Shown here piece after piece: positions 1 to 12,823 of a stretch of DNA of 64,000 nt (position 1 is the first letter of the stretch; each line of letters starts with the position of its first letter). The notes below the pieces were generated by a model. That model had not been told where the DNA came from. It saw nothing but the letters and a program-made list of their open reading frames with translations, and made no database searches. The stretch is from Escherichia coli (GTDB taxonomy: Bacteria > Pseudomonadota > Gammaproteobacteria > Enterobacterales > Enterobacteriaceae): NCBI RefSeq assembly GCF_013315695.1, contig NZ_CP054353.1. The stretch is one strand, 5' to 3'. The position numbers were made by a program, and so were the translations under genes.

Positions 1-1
1 C
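1..1. other. no CRISPR array or rRNA gene detected in this window
   Basis: manual scan for regularly spaced short direct repeats and rRNA-like sequence was negative. Confidence 0.5.
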
Positions 2-213
2 ACGAAACGGCGTGTATCGTGCATCACTTCTGGTGCGGTAGAGACAACCAGCAGAGCGCATATCGAGGCGATGCCAATGGTGTCGAGCAATATGCCTATC
101 GTGCCACGTTTGGTTGGGCGGGCATTACCCACACGCAGGCGCAGCGGCAAATAGCGGAAGCAATAATTCGCCGTGCCAACCAGTAACCCAAGCAGCAAAA
201 CCTCATAGCTCAT
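1..213 (-). CDS. ygaH: AzlD-like small subunit of branched-chain amino acid exporter; N-terminal part only, gene runs off window start
   Basis: ATG at 213 (minus) overlapping ygaZ stop; hydrophobic translation; synteny downstream of ygaZ. Confidence 0.6.
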   Translation of the reverse strand, partial: MSYEVLLLGLLVGTANYCFRYLPLRLRVGNARPTKRGTIGILLDTIGIASICALLVVSTAPEVMHDTRRFV

Positions 214-940
214 CGGGCGCTCCTTGCCAGAATGCCTGGATTAACGCAGTGAGGCAGCCACAGACAATGCCTGCCAGAATGGCGACGGGAATAGAAAATA
301 GCGTTACGCCTGCAAGGGCACCAACTAACGCTGCGGTAACGCAAAGAGATTGTTTGCGCTGGAAAGAGGCGAGCAGGAAACTCATAAAGAGTGCCGGAAG
401 CATAAAACCTAATGCTGCTTCAACGGCGGGATATCCTTGCAGCAAGCCGCTGCCGGAGAATGCCCCTATTACCGTACCAAATACCCACGATGACCATGAA
501 CTGAAGGCAATGCCGATCATCCAGTTTTCGCTCCAGCGGCGATTATTGCGTACCAGTTTTGCGGTTGCGGCGGCAAAAACCTCATCCGTCAGGCCAAACG
601 CCCACAGGGCGGTTTTCGATTTTTGCAGACGCTGAATAATACGGCTACGCAGTGACGGGCCATACAAAACATGGCGAACATCCATTGCCATGACGGTCAG
701 TGCAGCAACCCACAAACTACTCCCGGCTGCCAGCATCGCGGTAATGACGAACTGGCTCGCGCCTGCATAAATGATGCAGGAGAAAAAAACGCTTTCGAGA
801 GGAGAGAATCCCAGACGGGTCGCATTCAGACCGAACGCAAAGGCCACCGGAATATAACTAATAACAATCGGTAAACTGTCTTTGCATCCTTCCATGAAGG
901 TCGCCGAACCAGGAGCAGGCTGTGGAGTAGGGCTTTCCAT
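203..940 (-). CDS. ygaZ: AzlC-family branched-chain amino acid (valine) exporter subunit
   Basis: 245-aa polytopic membrane ORF; synteny with ygaY/proX. Confidence 0.85.
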   Translation of the reverse strand: MESPTPQPAPGSATFMEGCKDSLPIVISYIPVAFAFGLNATRLGFSPLESVFFSCIIYAGASQFVITAMLAAGSSLWVAALTVMAMDVRHVLYGPSLRSRIIQRLQKSKTALWAFGLTDEVFAAATAKLVRNNRRWSENWMIGIAFSSWSSWVFGTVIGAFSGSGLLQGYPAVEAALGFMLPALFMSFLLASFQRKQSLCVTAALVGALAGVTLFSIPVAILAGIVCGCLTALIQAFWQGAPDEL

Positions 941-1063
941 AGAGTGTACGCTTAACGATTGTTAATATTATAAATAGACTGAATGAATATCTTAACCTTA
1001 TCAGACTGATGGGCTTCTTAACACCCTTATAAGGGTAAAGCCACGAAAACGGTTGCTGATTGC

Positions 1064-2248
1064 TTAATTTGCGGCTTCCTGACGATGAAAACCTCGCCAC
1101 CAGACCAGTAAGTTAACCAGGGCAATCGTCGCGCCAGCCAGACAAACGCCAGCCCAACCGCCATGTTGCCAGGCTGAGGCTGAAATTAGCGAACCGGCAG
1201 CGCCGCCAATAAAGTAGCTGGTCATGTAACCTGCAGTCAGGCGATTACGCGCATCGGGGTAAATTCGATAAATTACCGTCTGGTTAGTGATGTGCACCCC
1301 CTGTACGGTGAGATCCAGCACCAGGATGCCGATAACCAGCGCCAGTACAGAAGTGTGTCCAAACCAGATAGCCAGCCATGAAAGTAACAGCAGCAGCAGG
1401 CCGAAAGTTGTGGTGAGGTGTGATTTGCCCTTATCGGCAAAACCGCCCGCCGGACGAGCGCCTAACGCCCCGGCAGCTCCTGCAAGTCCGAACAGACCAA
1501 TTACGCCATCGCTGTAGTTAAAAGGTGGAGCGGCAAGCAAAAAGGCCATTGAGGTCCAGAGAATGCTGAAGTTGGCAAAGGTCAGGCAGCCCAGCAACGC
1601 GCGGGTGCGCAGGATTTTATCGCTGATAAACATGCTGAAAACGGAACCCAACAACTGTGGGTAGTTGAGGTGGGTTTCTGATTTCATTTGTGGCAGACCA
1701 CGCCATAATGCCAGCGCCATCAGTGCCATTAACATCGAAGCAACCCAAAAGACGGTGCGCCAGCCGCCGAGATTCGCCAGCAATCCGGCAACGGTCCGTG
1801 CCAGCAAGATCCCCAATAGCAGACCGCTCATAATGGTGCCAACCACTTTGCCGCGTTTGTCCGGTGAAGCCAGCGTCGCTGCCAGTGGAACCAGAATTTG
1901 TGCCACGACTGAGAATAAACCGGTTAATGCCGTACCGAGGATCATCATCGCCAGCGACTGACTGCTGGCAGTGATTAACATGCCGCCTGCCGCCAGTAAG
2001 GTCATCGAGACAATCAGGCGGCGGCGTTCAAACATATCACCGAGGGGAACAAGAAACAGCAGACCTGCGGCATAGCCCAACTGCGCGGCGGTAACAATAA
2101 AGCCTGCCGAACTGGCGGAAAGGGAAAAGTTACGCGCGATGGTGTCGAGCAATGGCTGGGCGTAATAGTTACTGGCTACCGCCAGACCGGTGGCGATAGA
2201 CATCAGCACGATCAGCGCCGGGCTAAGCTCATGATTAGGTTTAGTCAT
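1064..2248 (-). CDS. ygaY: MFS transporter, intact (interrupted ygaX/ygaY pseudogene in K-12)
   Basis: 394-aa ORF with 12-TM-like hydrophobic profile; position between ygaZ and proX. Confidence 0.8.
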   Translation of the reverse strand: MTKPNHELSPALIVLMSIATGLAVASNYYAQPLLDTIARNFSLSASSAGFIVTAAQLGYAAGLLFLVPLGDMFERRRLIVSMTLLAAGGMLITASSQSLAMMILGTALTGLFSVVAQILVPLAATLASPDKRGKVVGTIMSGLLLGILLARTVAGLLANLGGWRTVFWVASMLMALMALALWRGLPQMKSETHLNYPQLLGSVFSMFISDKILRTRALLGCLTFANFSILWTSMAFLLAAPPFNYSDGVIGLFGLAGAAGALGARPAGGFADKGKSHLTTTFGLLLLLLSWLAIWFGHTSVLALVIGILVLDLTVQGVHITNQTVIYRIYPDARNRLTAGYMTSYFIGGAAGSLISASAWQHGGWAGVCLAGATIALVNLLVWWRGFHRQEAAN

Positions 2249-2353
2249 TATTTTTGTTCATCAGGTGATGATTAAGCTGGAAATCAATAATAGCGGATGT
2301 TGATGAATATGGGATGAAAGATAGATTGTTGAAATGTGCGGTGTGGTTTGTAG

Positions 2354-2432
2354 GTATGATAAGACGCACCAGCGTCGCATCAGGCATTGCGTACAGAGCG
2401 GCGGATGAGGCAAAAACGCCTTATCCGCCCGA
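2354..2432. repeat. REP-like extragenic palindromic element
   Basis: gataagacgc...cgcatcaggc and gccttatccg motifs typical of enterobacterial REP units. Confidence 0.45.
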
Positions 2433-2439
2433 ATAAAAA

Positions 2440-3432
2440 TTACTTCTGCGCTGCCAGCGCTTCATTCACCCAGCCATCGAACTGCTGCTGGTGGGCTTTG
2501 ATCCAACCATCAACGTGGCCCTGAATATCGCCTTCTGAGGCTTTGCCGTCATGCATAATGGCGTTCTGGGCGTTAATATCTGCCACTGGTAACTGCATAA
2601 TGGCAAACAGTTTCGCTGCTGCCGGGTTTTTCTCGGCCCAGGCTTTGTTGGCAACGATATGCATGGTACTGACCGGGAAGCCGTAATTCGCGCCATTCGG
2701 CAGCTTAGTATCGGCATTTTTATCGCCCGGCAGCGCAGAGAACGGCACCTGCAACCAGACCACATCTTTCCCCGGTTTCAGTTCGTTACTCACCCAGTAC
2801 GGCGTCCAGGTGTAGTAAAACACCGGCTTACCCTCTTTGTAACGACTGATGGTGTCAGCCATCATCGCTGCGTAGTTCCCCTGATTATGCGTCACGGTAT
2901 TGGTCAGTCCATACGCGGCAAGCTGGTGGTTGATCGCACCTTCGCAGCCCCAGCCTGGGTTACAGCCGGTTAAATCCGCTTTACCGTCGCCGTTGGTATC
3001 GAACAGTTTGGCGATCTTCGGATCTTTAAGTTGCGCGATGTTGGTGATTTTGTACTGGTCGGCGGTTTTCTTATCGATCAGATAACCCTGTGCCGCGCCG
3101 TTAACAAATACTCCTTCACGATAAAATTTCTTATCGCCACCGGCAGCTTCATACATGTTGTCATGCAGCGGCGTCCAGTTCACGGCGGTGAAGGTTGCAT
3201 CGCCGGAAGCAAGTGAGGTGTAGCCAACGTTGTAATCCACTTCGCTGGGTTTATTGACGGTATAACCTAATTTCTCCAGTGCACGACTGACCAGCAGCGT
3301 CTGGAAGGTTTCTTCAGTGATGGTACTCTGAACTGGATTAACAGTAATGCCTTTGCCCGGCAGATCGGCAGCAAAAGTTTGTGTAGAGATAAGCGTGGCA
3401 AACGCTGTCGCAAAAAGTACGCTATGTCGCAT
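2440..3432 (-). CDS. proX: glycine betaine/proline ABC transporter periplasmic binding protein
   Basis: 330-aa product from internal Met MRHSVLF with signal peptide; proVWX synteny. Confidence 0.9.
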   Translation of the reverse strand: MRHSVLFATAFATLISTQTFAADLPGKGITVNPVQSTITEETFQTLLVSRALEKLGYTVNKPSEVDYNVGYTSLASGDATFTAVNWTPLHDNMYEAAGGDKKFYREGVFVNGAAQGYLIDKKTADQYKITNIAQLKDPKIAKLFDTNGDGKADLTGCNPGWGCEGAINHQLAAYGLTNTVTHNQGNYAAMMADTISRYKEGKPVFYYTWTPYWVSNELKPGKDVVWLQVPFSALPGDKNADTKLPNGANYGFPVSTMHIVANKAWAEKNPAAAKLFAIMQLPVADINAQNAIMHDGKASEGDIQGHVDGWIKAHQQQFDGWVNEALAAQK

Positions 3433-3489
3433 TGTTATTCCTTTTTTTGGCAGGGTGATAATGCCCGGCGTCACCGGGCAAGTGCAGAG

Positions 3490-4554
3490 TTACTTAATGA
3501 ATGGGCGGGTCAGCAGACCGACAGGGCCAGTGGTGTACCAGCGACGGTTGCCGCGACTGCGTGAGTCGCGCCCAACGGCCTGCGTCAGGCGGTCGAGGAT
3601 AATGGCGAGGATCACAATCCCGACGCCGCCAACGGTGGCAAGCCCCATATCCAGACGACCGATACCGCGAAGTACCATCTGACCCAGCCCGCCGACGGCA
3701 ATCATCGAGGCGATGACCACCATAGAAAGGGCCAGCATCAGCGTCTGGTTAACGCCCGCCATAATGGTTGGCATCGCCAGTGGTAACTGAACTTTGAACA
3801 GCATCTGGCGCGGGCTGGCACCGAATGAGCGCGAGGCTTCAATCAGATCCGCCGGAACCTGGTTAATTCCCAGAATCGTCAGACGGATAATCGGCGGCAG
3901 CGCAAAGATGATCGTCACCACCACGCCCGGCACGTTACCGATACCAAACAGCATGACGATTGGCACCAGATAAACAAACGCGGGCGTGGTCTGCATGGCA
4001 TCAAGCAGTGGACGAATAATTTTCGCCGCTCGCGGACTTCTCGCCAGCCAGATCCCCAACGGCAAACCTATGACGATACAGAACAGCAGGGCGGTTAACA
4101 CCAGCGCCAGGGTAACCATTGCCTGTGACCAGGCACCGATTGCGCCGATGGCAATCAGCGAAACCAGCGTCGCCACGCCCATTCCGACCCCGGAAATCTG
4201 CCAGGCGATGAGAGCGAAAACGATAATCGCCACTGGCGCTGGCATACCCAGCAGCAATTGCTGGAAACCGTTGAGGATATAATCAACCGGAACGCGCACG
4301 CCCTGGAAGACGGGACGGAAATGGGTAACGACCCAGTCGATCCCTTCAGTGACCCAACTGTCGAGCGGGATCAGTGTTTTATGGAACGGATCGAGAATAT
4401 TAAAATGCTCGACGTTTGGCGCAGGCGTACTGGTCAGCCAGTCAGCGCCACCGCCGTCAGTCGGTGCAGTCGCCGGTGTACCCCAGGCGTCTGCGGATTG
4501 TGCAGCACTGTCCGCCGCTGGCGTGGTATCCCACGGATTATTTTGATCAGCCAT
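3490..4554 (-). CDS. proW: glycine betaine/proline ABC transporter permease
   Basis: 354-aa membrane ORF; 8-nt overlap with proV. Confidence 0.9.
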   Translation of the reverse strand: MADQNNPWDTTPAADSAAQSADAWGTPATAPTDGGGADWLTSTPAPNVEHFNILDPFHKTLIPLDSWVTEGIDWVVTHFRPVFQGVRVPVDYILNGFQQLLLGMPAPVAIIVFALIAWQISGVGMGVATLVSLIAIGAIGAWSQAMVTLALVLTALLFCIVIGLPLGIWLARSPRAAKIIRPLLDAMQTTPAFVYLVPIVMLFGIGNVPGVVVTIIFALPPIIRLTILGINQVPADLIEASRSFGASPRQMLFKVQLPLAMPTIMAGVNQTLMLALSMVVIASMIAVGGLGQMVLRGIGRLDMGLATVGGVGIVILAIILDRLTQAVGRDSRSRGNRRWYTTGPVGLLTRPFIK

Positions 4555-5749
4555 TATTTACCCCCTCACGATCTAAAGCGCGCAGCAGCATTCCTTTCGA
4601 AATAATGCCGACATACTGTTGGTCCTCGTCGACCACGGGCACCGCACAGGGTGCCTGTCCGACATGAGAGAGCAACTCGCTAAGAGGCGTTTGTGCATCG
4701 ACCGCTAACGGCGCATCAATCAGCGCCGCATCAAGACCTTGCTGCTGCGTTAACGCGGCTTTAAGCGAATCGATAGACACCGCGCCGACAAACTTATTAC
4801 CGCGTTCGATGACGTAGCCATATTCGCGATCTTCATCCTGCAATAATTTCAGTGCTGAACGCGGGCCGAAGCCGGGGGTTTTACGAATTAAGCCGTTCGG
4901 TGTCCGGCGAGCAATATCTTTCGCACTGAACACCTGACTAATATCGACGCCACGGAAGAAGGTACGGACATAATCATTCGCCGGATTATTGAGAATTTCA
5001 TCCGGTGTGCCGACCTGTACCACTTCACCATTTTGCATAATGGCAATTCGGTCGCCAATACGCATAGCTTCATCGAGATCGTGGGAAATAAAGACAATGG
5101 TGCGCTGATGTTTCGCCTGTAATTTTACCAGCTCATCCTGCATCTCGGTGCGAATTAATGGATCGAGTGCTGAGAAGGCTTCGTCCATTAATAATATATC
5201 CGGATTAATCGCTAACGCGCGGGCTAATCCCACACGTTGACGCATCCCGCCAGAGAGTTCATCCGGGTAGCTGTGGGCATAATTTTCCAGCCCGACCTGA
5301 CGCAGTGCATCAAGGGCTTTTTCCCGGCGTTCTTCGGCATTAATTCCGGCCAGTTCCATACCGAACGCAGTATTGTCCAGCACGGTCATATGCGGCATTA
5401 AGGCAAAGGACTGGAATACCATCGCAATCTTTTTTCTGCGCACCTCACGGAGTTCGGCGTCGGATATTTTGGCAATATCCACACCATCAATCAGCACTTG
5501 CCCGCGGGTGGGTTCAATCAGGCGATTGAGAAGGCGTACCATTGTGGATTTACCCGAACCGGATAATCCCATGATGACAAATATCTCGCCTTCTTCAATG
5601 GCCAGACTGGCGTCTTTTACGCCAAGCGATAGCCCAGTTTTTTCCAGAATTTGTTCTTTTGAAAGTCCTAGTTCGATATATTTGAAAGCTCGCTGTGGAT
5701 GCTCACCAAATATTTTATAAAGATTTTTAATTTCTAATTTAATTGCCAT
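4547..5749 (-). CDS. proV: glycine betaine/proline ABC transporter ATPase with C-terminal CBS domains
   Basis: 400-aa ORF with Walker [10 protein letters not shown] and ABC signature LSGGMRQR. Confidence 0.9.
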   Translation of the reverse strand: MAIKLEIKNLYKIFGEHPQRAFKYIELGLSKEQILEKTGLSLGVKDASLAIEEGEIFVIMGLSGSGKSTMVRLLNRLIEPTRGQVLIDGVDIAKISDAELREVRRKKIAMVFQSFALMPHMTVLDNTAFGMELAGINAEERREKALDALRQVGLENYAHSYPDELSGGMRQRVGLARALAINPDILLMDEAFSALDPLIRTEMQDELVKLQAKHQRTIVFISHDLDEAMRIGDRIAIMQNGEVVQVGTPDEILNNPANDYVRTFFRGVDISQVFSAKDIARRTPNGLIRKTPGFGPRSALKLLQDEDREYGYVIERGNKFVGAVSIDSLKAALTQQQGLDAALIDAPLAVDAQTPLSELLSHVGQAPCAVPVVDEDQQYVGIISKGMLLRALDREGVNNG

Positions 5750-5817
5750 GCAATAGAAAGATTCCTGTTATTTGTTTATGTCGATACATTACCCAATGGA
5801 AATAGTCACTTTTTTCT

Positions 5818-5845
5818 ACCCTAACATACTGAGAATCTGAGGCAA
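5818..5845 (-). promoter_or_regulatory. proU sigma70 promoter: -35 TTGCCT (5840-5845), 16-nt spacer, -10 TAGGGT (5818-5823)
   Basis: hexamers read on minus strand about 70 nt upstream of proV ATG; matches remembered proU P2 hexamers. Confidence 0.5.
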
Positions 5846-6104
5846 CCCCTGATGGCAAATGTGGCATGAATATTGATGTGAGCAAATCGCCGGAATTTCC
5901 CATGATATAAGGGCTGAGAGCAAATCGAGAAAAGTTGATATTTTTTATCAAAGATAGCGAAAAAACGCCTGAATATTGTGGTTTCAGGCGAATAATGCAA
6001 TAGAGTGTCAGTGTAGATCACCACAAAATATTTGCGTGATAAAAAGCTATTTGGCGTGAATTATTTCCCTGCAGCGGGTAGTGATATTTTTGAAAATAAC
6101 CCCC

Positions 6105-7073
<969 letters not shown>

Positions 7074-9218
7074 TTAAAGTGCACAGGAGACGCAGCCTTC
7101 AATTTCAGTGCCTTCCAGCGCCATCTGACGCAGGCGAATGTAATAGAGCGTTTTGATACCCTTGCGCCAGGCGTAAATCTGCGCTTTGTTGATATCGCGA
7201 GTGGTGGCGGTATCGGGGAAAAACAGCGTCAGCGACAGCCCCTGATCGACATGGCGAGTCGCTTCCGCGTAGGTGTCGATGATCTTTTCTGCGCCGATTT
7301 CGTAAGCGTCCTGATACAGCGCCAGATTTTCGTTAGTCATAAACGGGGCAGGGTAGTAAACGCGTCCTGTTTTGCCCTCTTTGCGTATCTCTACTTTCGC
7401 CACAATCGGATGAATACTCGACGTGGCATGGTTGATATAAGAGATAGAACCGGTTGGCGGCACCGCCTGGAGATTCTGGTTGTATATGCCATAGCGCATC
7501 ACGTCGTCGCGCAGCTGCGCCCACATCTCACGGGTAGGTAACGTAATACCACTACGGGCAAACAGTTCGCCAACTTTCGCCGTTTTCGGCTGCCAGTTAC
7601 TTTGCAGATATTGGCTGAAATATTCACCACTGGCATAGCGTGACTGTTTGAACCCGGCGAAGGTTTCACCGCGTTCGCGCGCCAGCAACATCGAGGTACG
7701 CAGTGCGTGCCAGGTGATGGTATAGAAATAGAGATTGGTGAAATCCAGTGCTTCCGGCGAACCATAAGCGATGCCTTCTCGCGCCAGATAACCGTGTAAA
7801 TTCATCTGCCCCAGACCGATGGCGTGTGAGGCGGCATTTCCGGCTTCGATGGACGGCACGCTGCGGATATGACTCATATCTGACACCGCCGTTAAACCGC
7901 GTACGGCAGTCTCTACCGTGCGGGCAAAGTCGGGGGAATCCATGGTGTGGGCAATATTCAACGACCCTAGATTGCAGGAAATATCATGTCCTGTACGAGC
8001 ATAGTCGAGATTCTCGTCATATTCTGAGGCGCTGTTAACCTGCAAAATTTCTGAGCAGAGATTGCTCATATTTATGCGTCCGGCGATAGGGTTAGCACGG
8101 TTAACCGTGTCTTCATACATGATGTACGGATAGCCAGACTCAAACTGGATCTCTGCCAGTCGCTGGAAGAAATCACGGGCGTTGAGGTATTTTTTGCGAA
8201 TGCGTTCATCGGCAACCAGTTCGTCATAGTGTTCACTGATGGCGACATCGGCAAATGGCTTGCCATAAACTCGCTCTACGTCATAAGGCGAAAACAGCGC
8301 CATCTGCGCATTCTCTTTTGCCAGATGGAAAGTGATATCCGGGATCACCACGCCCAGCGACAGTGTTTTAATGCGGATTTTTTCGTCGGCATTTTCCCGT
8401 TTTGTATCGAGAAAACGCAGAATATCGGGATGATGAGCATGTAAATAGACTGCCCCAGCCCCCTGACGCGCGCCGAGTTGGTTGGCATAGGAAAATGCGT
8501 CTTCCAGCATTTTCATCACCGGAATCACGCCAGAAGATTGATTTTCAATACGTTTAATTGGCGCGCCCGCTTCCCGCAGATTCGACAGCAAAAATGCTAC
8601 GCCGCCGCCGCGTTTCGACAGTTGTAGTGCGGAATTCACTGCCCGGCCAATCGACTCCATATTGTCTTCAATACGCAGCAGAAAACAGGAAACCAGTTCG
8701 CCGCGCTGCTGCTTACCGCAGTTGAGGAATGTTGGCGTGGCTGGCTGAAAGCGTCCTGACAGCATCTCATCAGTGAGCTGCGTCGCCAGTGTTTCATCGC
8801 CTTGTGCCAGCGTCAGCGCCACCATCGTGACGCGATCGGCAAAATCTTCCAGATAACGCTTACCGTCGAATGTCTTCAACGTATAGCTGGTGTAAAACTT
8901 CCATGCTCCGAGGAATGTCTGGAAACGAAAACCGCTGGCGTGTGCGTGGGCAAACAGCGTAATGACAAAATCGCGAGAGTAGCGGTTGAGGACGTTTTCA
9001 TCATAGTAACCTTCGTTGACCAGCCAGTTCAGGCGCTGCTGCTGGCTACTGAAGGCCACACTGTTCGGACGCACATGCGTTGTCATAAAGGCGTCTACTG
9101 CCTGGCGATCTTTATCGAACTGAATGCGACCTGCGCTATCGTAAAGGTTAAGCATCGCATTCAGAGCGTGATAATCCATCGTTTCCTGCGTCAGGCGTTC
9201 TGCGGTTGTCGTTGCCAA
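7074..9218 (-). CDS. nrdE: class Ib ribonucleotide reductase alpha subunit
   Basis: 714-aa ORF; operon order. Confidence 0.9.
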
Positions 9219-9601
9219 AATTCGGTTACTCCTTTACGAACGTTTTCGATATCGCTTTGCGTACCCATGAGTTCAAAACGGTACAGCCACGGCACGCCGC
9301 ATTTCCGGGCAATCACATCTCCGGCGCGGCCATATGCCTCACCAAAGTTGCGATTACCCGAAGCAATAACGCCGCGCAGCAACGCCCGGTTATGCTCGTC
9401 GTTTAAAAAGCGAATGACCTGTCGTGGCACCGCGCCAGCCGTACCGCCGCCGCCGTAAGAGGGCACGATCAGGATGTAAGGCTCGTCTACCTGAATCCGT
9501 TCCCGCTCATTGAGCGGGATGCGCACCGCGGGCAGCCCTAAACGTTCGATAAAACGCTGCGTATTTTCGGAGCTGCTGGAAAAGTAGACGAGCTGGCTCA
9601 T
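9191..9601 (-). CDS. nrdI: flavodoxin-like NrdI
   Basis: 136-aa ORF overlapping nrdE start and nrdH stop. Confidence 0.9.
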
Positions 9602-9843
9602 GCACTGGCCGCGTGTGGCGCTGGATGCAGACGATTGATCATGTCCGGGCGGAAACCAGACCAGCTAAGATCGCCTGCAATCACAACCGGCAACTGACGA
9701 AAGCCCTGAGCACGCAGCGCTTCTGCCGCTTCAGGAACGCGATCGACATTAATCATTTCAAAATCAAAGCCCCGGTTTTCCATCGCCCGTTTGGTGGCGT
9801 GGCACTGAACGCAATCGTTACGAGTGTAAATAGTAATGCGCAT
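9598..9843 (-). CDS. nrdH: glutaredoxin-like protein NrdH
   Basis: 81-aa ORF with CVQC redox motif. Confidence 0.9.
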
Positions 9844-10051
9844 GATTCGTATTTCCGTTTAAGATGAAGATACGGCGCGATGATACGCGTCGGGTTGTCT
9901 CTCTGTTGATACAGAGATACTAGATGTAGTTGAAAAAATATTCAACCACACAAGATATGGGAATTTTAGATTTATTACGCCACCGATGAATGGCTCAACG
10001 GGGTAGGGGATTTTGTGTTTTTTTGCCGGGCGAATACCCGGCATCAAGAAG

Positions 10052-10483
10052 TTACATCCGCATGGAAACGGCCAGACGGTTAAAACAATTCATCAGCCCG
10101 ATGGCAAACGTTAAGTCGCTGATCTCTGCTGCGCTGAAATGCTCAAGCAAAGGCTGATAAACCTCGTCTTCCGCATGGGTTCTGGCAATTTCGGTTACCG
10201 ATTCCGCCCATGCCAGCGCCGCCCGCTCGCGTTCATCAAAATGATGGCTTACGCGCCAACCTGCCAGGGCGTCCAGTTTGTGCTGTGGCACGCCGGATTT
10301 GCGCAATGCTTTGCTGTGCATCTCCAGACAAAATGCGCAGCCGTTGATTTGCGAGACGCGCAAATAAACTAACTCCATCAACGTGGTATCCAGCGTGCTA
10401 TTTTCCAGTGCCGTTTTGGCCTGCACTAGTGCGTTATACACTGCCGGGCTAAGTTCGTAGTAAGGCTGACGTAATGTAGTCAT
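10052..10483 (-). CDS. carboxymuconolactone decarboxylase / AhpD-like family protein
   Basis: 143-aa ORF with CxxC-type motif NGCAFCLEMH; not present at this position in K-12. Confidence 0.65.
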   Translation of the reverse strand: MTTLRQPYYELSPAVYNALVQAKTALENSTLDTTLMELVYLRVSQINGCAFCLEMHSKALRKSGVPQHKLDALAGWRVSHHFDERERAALAWAESVTEIARTHAEDEVYQPLLEHFSAAEISDLTFAIGLMNCFNRLAVSMRM

Positions 10484-10570
10484 ACAGTTTCTCCTCTTAT
10501 TAACGCCCGCAATGTAGCACTATAATGGACTGCTAAAGAGAGCCATAAATTACCTAAAAAAGCAGACCAT

Positions 10571-11905
10571 ATGCCGCGCTATCAGGATATCGCCCGTCAG
10601 TTAAAAACGGCTATTGAGCAAGGGGAACTGAAACCCGGCGCAAGGCTGCCTTCAAGTCGTACCTGGTCGCAGGAGCTGGGGGTGTCTCGTTCCACTGTCG
10701 AAAATGCGTATGCTGAGCTGGTGGCGCAAGGATGGCTGATCAGGCGGGGACAGGCTGGCACATTTGTCAGTGAGCGGATATATCCGCAACAATCTACTGT
10801 ACAAGTTGTAGCTTTTGCCGGTGAAAGTCAGCAACCGTTGCCATTTCAAATGGGATTACCCGCACTCGATCTCTTTCCGCGAGAGCTGTGGGCGCGGGTG
10901 ATGGGGCGTCGCCTTCGTACCCAGACGCGCTTTGATTTGGCGTTAGGCGATGTTTGCGGTGAGGTGGCGTTGCGCGAGGCAATAGTTGATTACTTACGCG
11001 TTTCACGTGGGATTGATTGTCAGCCAGAGCAGGTCTTTATCACTCACGGTTATGCGGCCTCAATAGCTTTAATTCTGCACGCGCTGGCGAAACCGGGAAA
11101 CGGGATGTGGATAGAAGATCCCGGCTTTCCACTGATTCGCCCGATTGTCACTCGCCATGATGTGGAAATTTTGCCTGTGCCGGTTGATGACAATGGACTG
11201 GATATCACAAGCGGAATACAAAATTATCCTGATGCGCGTTTTGCCCTGATAACACCAGCACACCAAAGTCCGTTGGGTGTGGCGCTCTCTTTAGCGCGCA
11301 GGCATCAGATACTGGAATGGGCAGATCGTAGTCAGGCATGGATTATTGAAGATGATTATGACAGTGAGTTTCGCTATCACGGTAAGCCGTTACCGGCGTT
11401 AAAAAGTCTCGACGCACCGCAGCGGGTAATTTATGCCGGAACATTCAGCAAAGCGCTATTTCCTGCATTGCGCTGTGCGTGGCTGGTGGTGCCGGTGAAG
11501 CAAATTGCACAATTCCGCCACCAGGCGTCACTGGCTCCATGTGCGGTACCTGTTCTATGGCAGAACACACTGGCAGACTTTCTTCGCGAGGGGCATTTCT
11601 GGCGGCATCTGAAGAAAATGCGTCAGCATTATGCTCAACGTCGGCAATGGATTGAGCAAGCGTTGACGCAGCAAGGATTTCAGGTTGTGCCGCAGAAAGG
11701 TGGTATCCAGATGGTGATCAGAATGATAGGCGATGATATTGCCCATGCGCGTAAAGCCAATGCTGCAGGCCTTGCGGTGCAGGCACTTAGCGACTGGCGT
11801 ATCCGTTCAAGTGGGGAAGGTGGATTACTGCTTTCGTTTACTAATATCGTTAACGAAGGTATGGCGCGACAGGTAGCACAACAATTACGTAAAGCCTTAA
11901 GCTAA
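10571..11905 (+). CDS. MocR/GabR-type regulator (GntR HTH fused to PLP aminotransferase-like domain)
   Basis: 444-aa ORF; N-terminal GntR-like HTH (SRTWSQELGVSRSTVENAY) and aminotransferase-like body with GTFSKALFP. Confidence 0.75.
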   Translation: MPRYQDIARQLKTAIEQGELKPGARLPSSRTWSQELGVSRSTVENAYAELVAQGWLIRRGQAGTFVSERIYPQQSTVQVVAFAGESQQPLPFQMGLPALDLFPRELWARVMGRRLRTQTRFDLALGDVCGEVALREAIVDYLRVSRGIDCQPEQVFITHGYAASIALILHALAKPGNGMWIEDPGFPLIRPIVTRHDVEILPVPVDDNGLDITSGIQNYPDARFALITPAHQSPLGVALSLARRHQILEWADRSQAWIIEDDYDSEFRYHGKPLPALKSLDAPQRVIYAGTFSKALFPALRCAWLVVPVKQIAQFRHQASLAPCAVPVLWQNTLADFLREGHFWRHLKKMRQHYAQRRQWIEQALTQQGFQVVPQKGGIQMVIRMIGDDIAHARKANAAGLAVQALSDWRIRSSGEGGLLLSFTNIVNEGMARQVAQQLRKALS

Positions 11906-11930
11906 AAAACCCCGAAGCCAGGCTTCGGGG
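11904..11930 (-). terminator. rho-independent terminator hairpin (bidirectional; T-tract on minus strand)
   Basis: ccccgaag/cttcgggg stem flanked by A6 on plus strand, between convergent MocR-like gene and ygaM. Confidence 0.55.
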
Positions 11931-11961
11931 TCAAAGACGCGTATTTATTATCATTTTTGCA

Positions 11962-12291
11962 CTACGATTTGCGCATGCTTAACAGTGCGCCGATAAAAAT
12001 ACCTACCGCAGCTGCTGTACCCACGCTACACCAGGGTCTTTCACGAACAAAAGAATCCGCGCAGCCAACGGCATCGCGCGCGGCTTGCTGGACGCGAGTA
12101 CGACCATGCATTCGCGCTCTGGTTTCTTTCAGTAGAGCCTGCGCTTTACTACGAGCGGCTTCGGCTTCCCCTTTGGCGTCGCTGCCCCAGGACTTCAATA
12201 CAGATTCGAGGCTGTCAGCTAATTGATTGACATCATTCTGGATATCCTGCACGCCATCATCAACGTCGTTGCGGTTCGGTCGGTTAAACAT
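11962..12291 (-). CDS. ygaM: ElaB/YqjD-family (DUF883) membrane-anchored ribosome-associated protein
   Basis: 109-aa product from MFNRPN; C-terminal TM helix; synteny. Confidence 0.8.
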   Translation of the reverse strand: MFNRPNRNDVDDGVQDIQNDVNQLADSLESVLKSWGSDAKGEAEAARSKAQALLKETRARMHGRTRVQQAARDAVGCADSFVRERPWCSVGTAAAVGIFIGALLSMRKS

Positions 12292-12442
12292 ATGATCCCC
12301 CATTAGAATTCGATGTAATTTTCAGTGTAGACCATAATTTTCTTAACTGAGGTTCATCGCGGCTTTATGGACTTTTCTGAAAGCGTTGTGAATGCGCAAT
12401 CAGGTAAGGTAGGCCCGCGGTTGATAATAACGAGGATCAAAT

Positions 12443-12787
12443 ATGTATTTACGACCAGACGAGGTGGCGCGCGTACTTGAAAAAGTCGGTTTTACTGTCG
12501 ATGTGGTAACCCAGAAAGCGTATGGTTACCGCCGTGGGGAAAATTATGTCTATGTTAATCGCGAAGCGCGAATGGGACGTACCGCCCTGGTGATTCATCC
12601 AACATTAAAAGAACGTAGTTCAACACTGGCTGAACCCGCTTCCGATATTAAAACTTGCGATCATTACCAGCAATTTCCGCTCTATTTAGCGGGTGAACGT
12701 CATGAGCATTACGGTATCCCACATGGCTTTAGTTCGCGTGTTGCGCTTGAACGTTATTTGAATGGCTTATTTGGCGAAGCCAGTTAA
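12443..12787 (+). CDS. ygaC: DUF2002 family protein
   Basis: 114-aa ORF; synteny. Confidence 0.8.
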
Positions 12788-12823
12788 AGACGCGACTGGC
12801 GATGCCAGTCGCGAAAAGAAGGG

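Noticed and set aside
114-635. 173-aa plus-strand ORF inside ygaZ, and similar antisense ORFs inside ygaY, proX, proW, gabT, gabD, lhgO and others
   Set aside because: Shadow ORFs on the opposite strand of well-supported conserved genes
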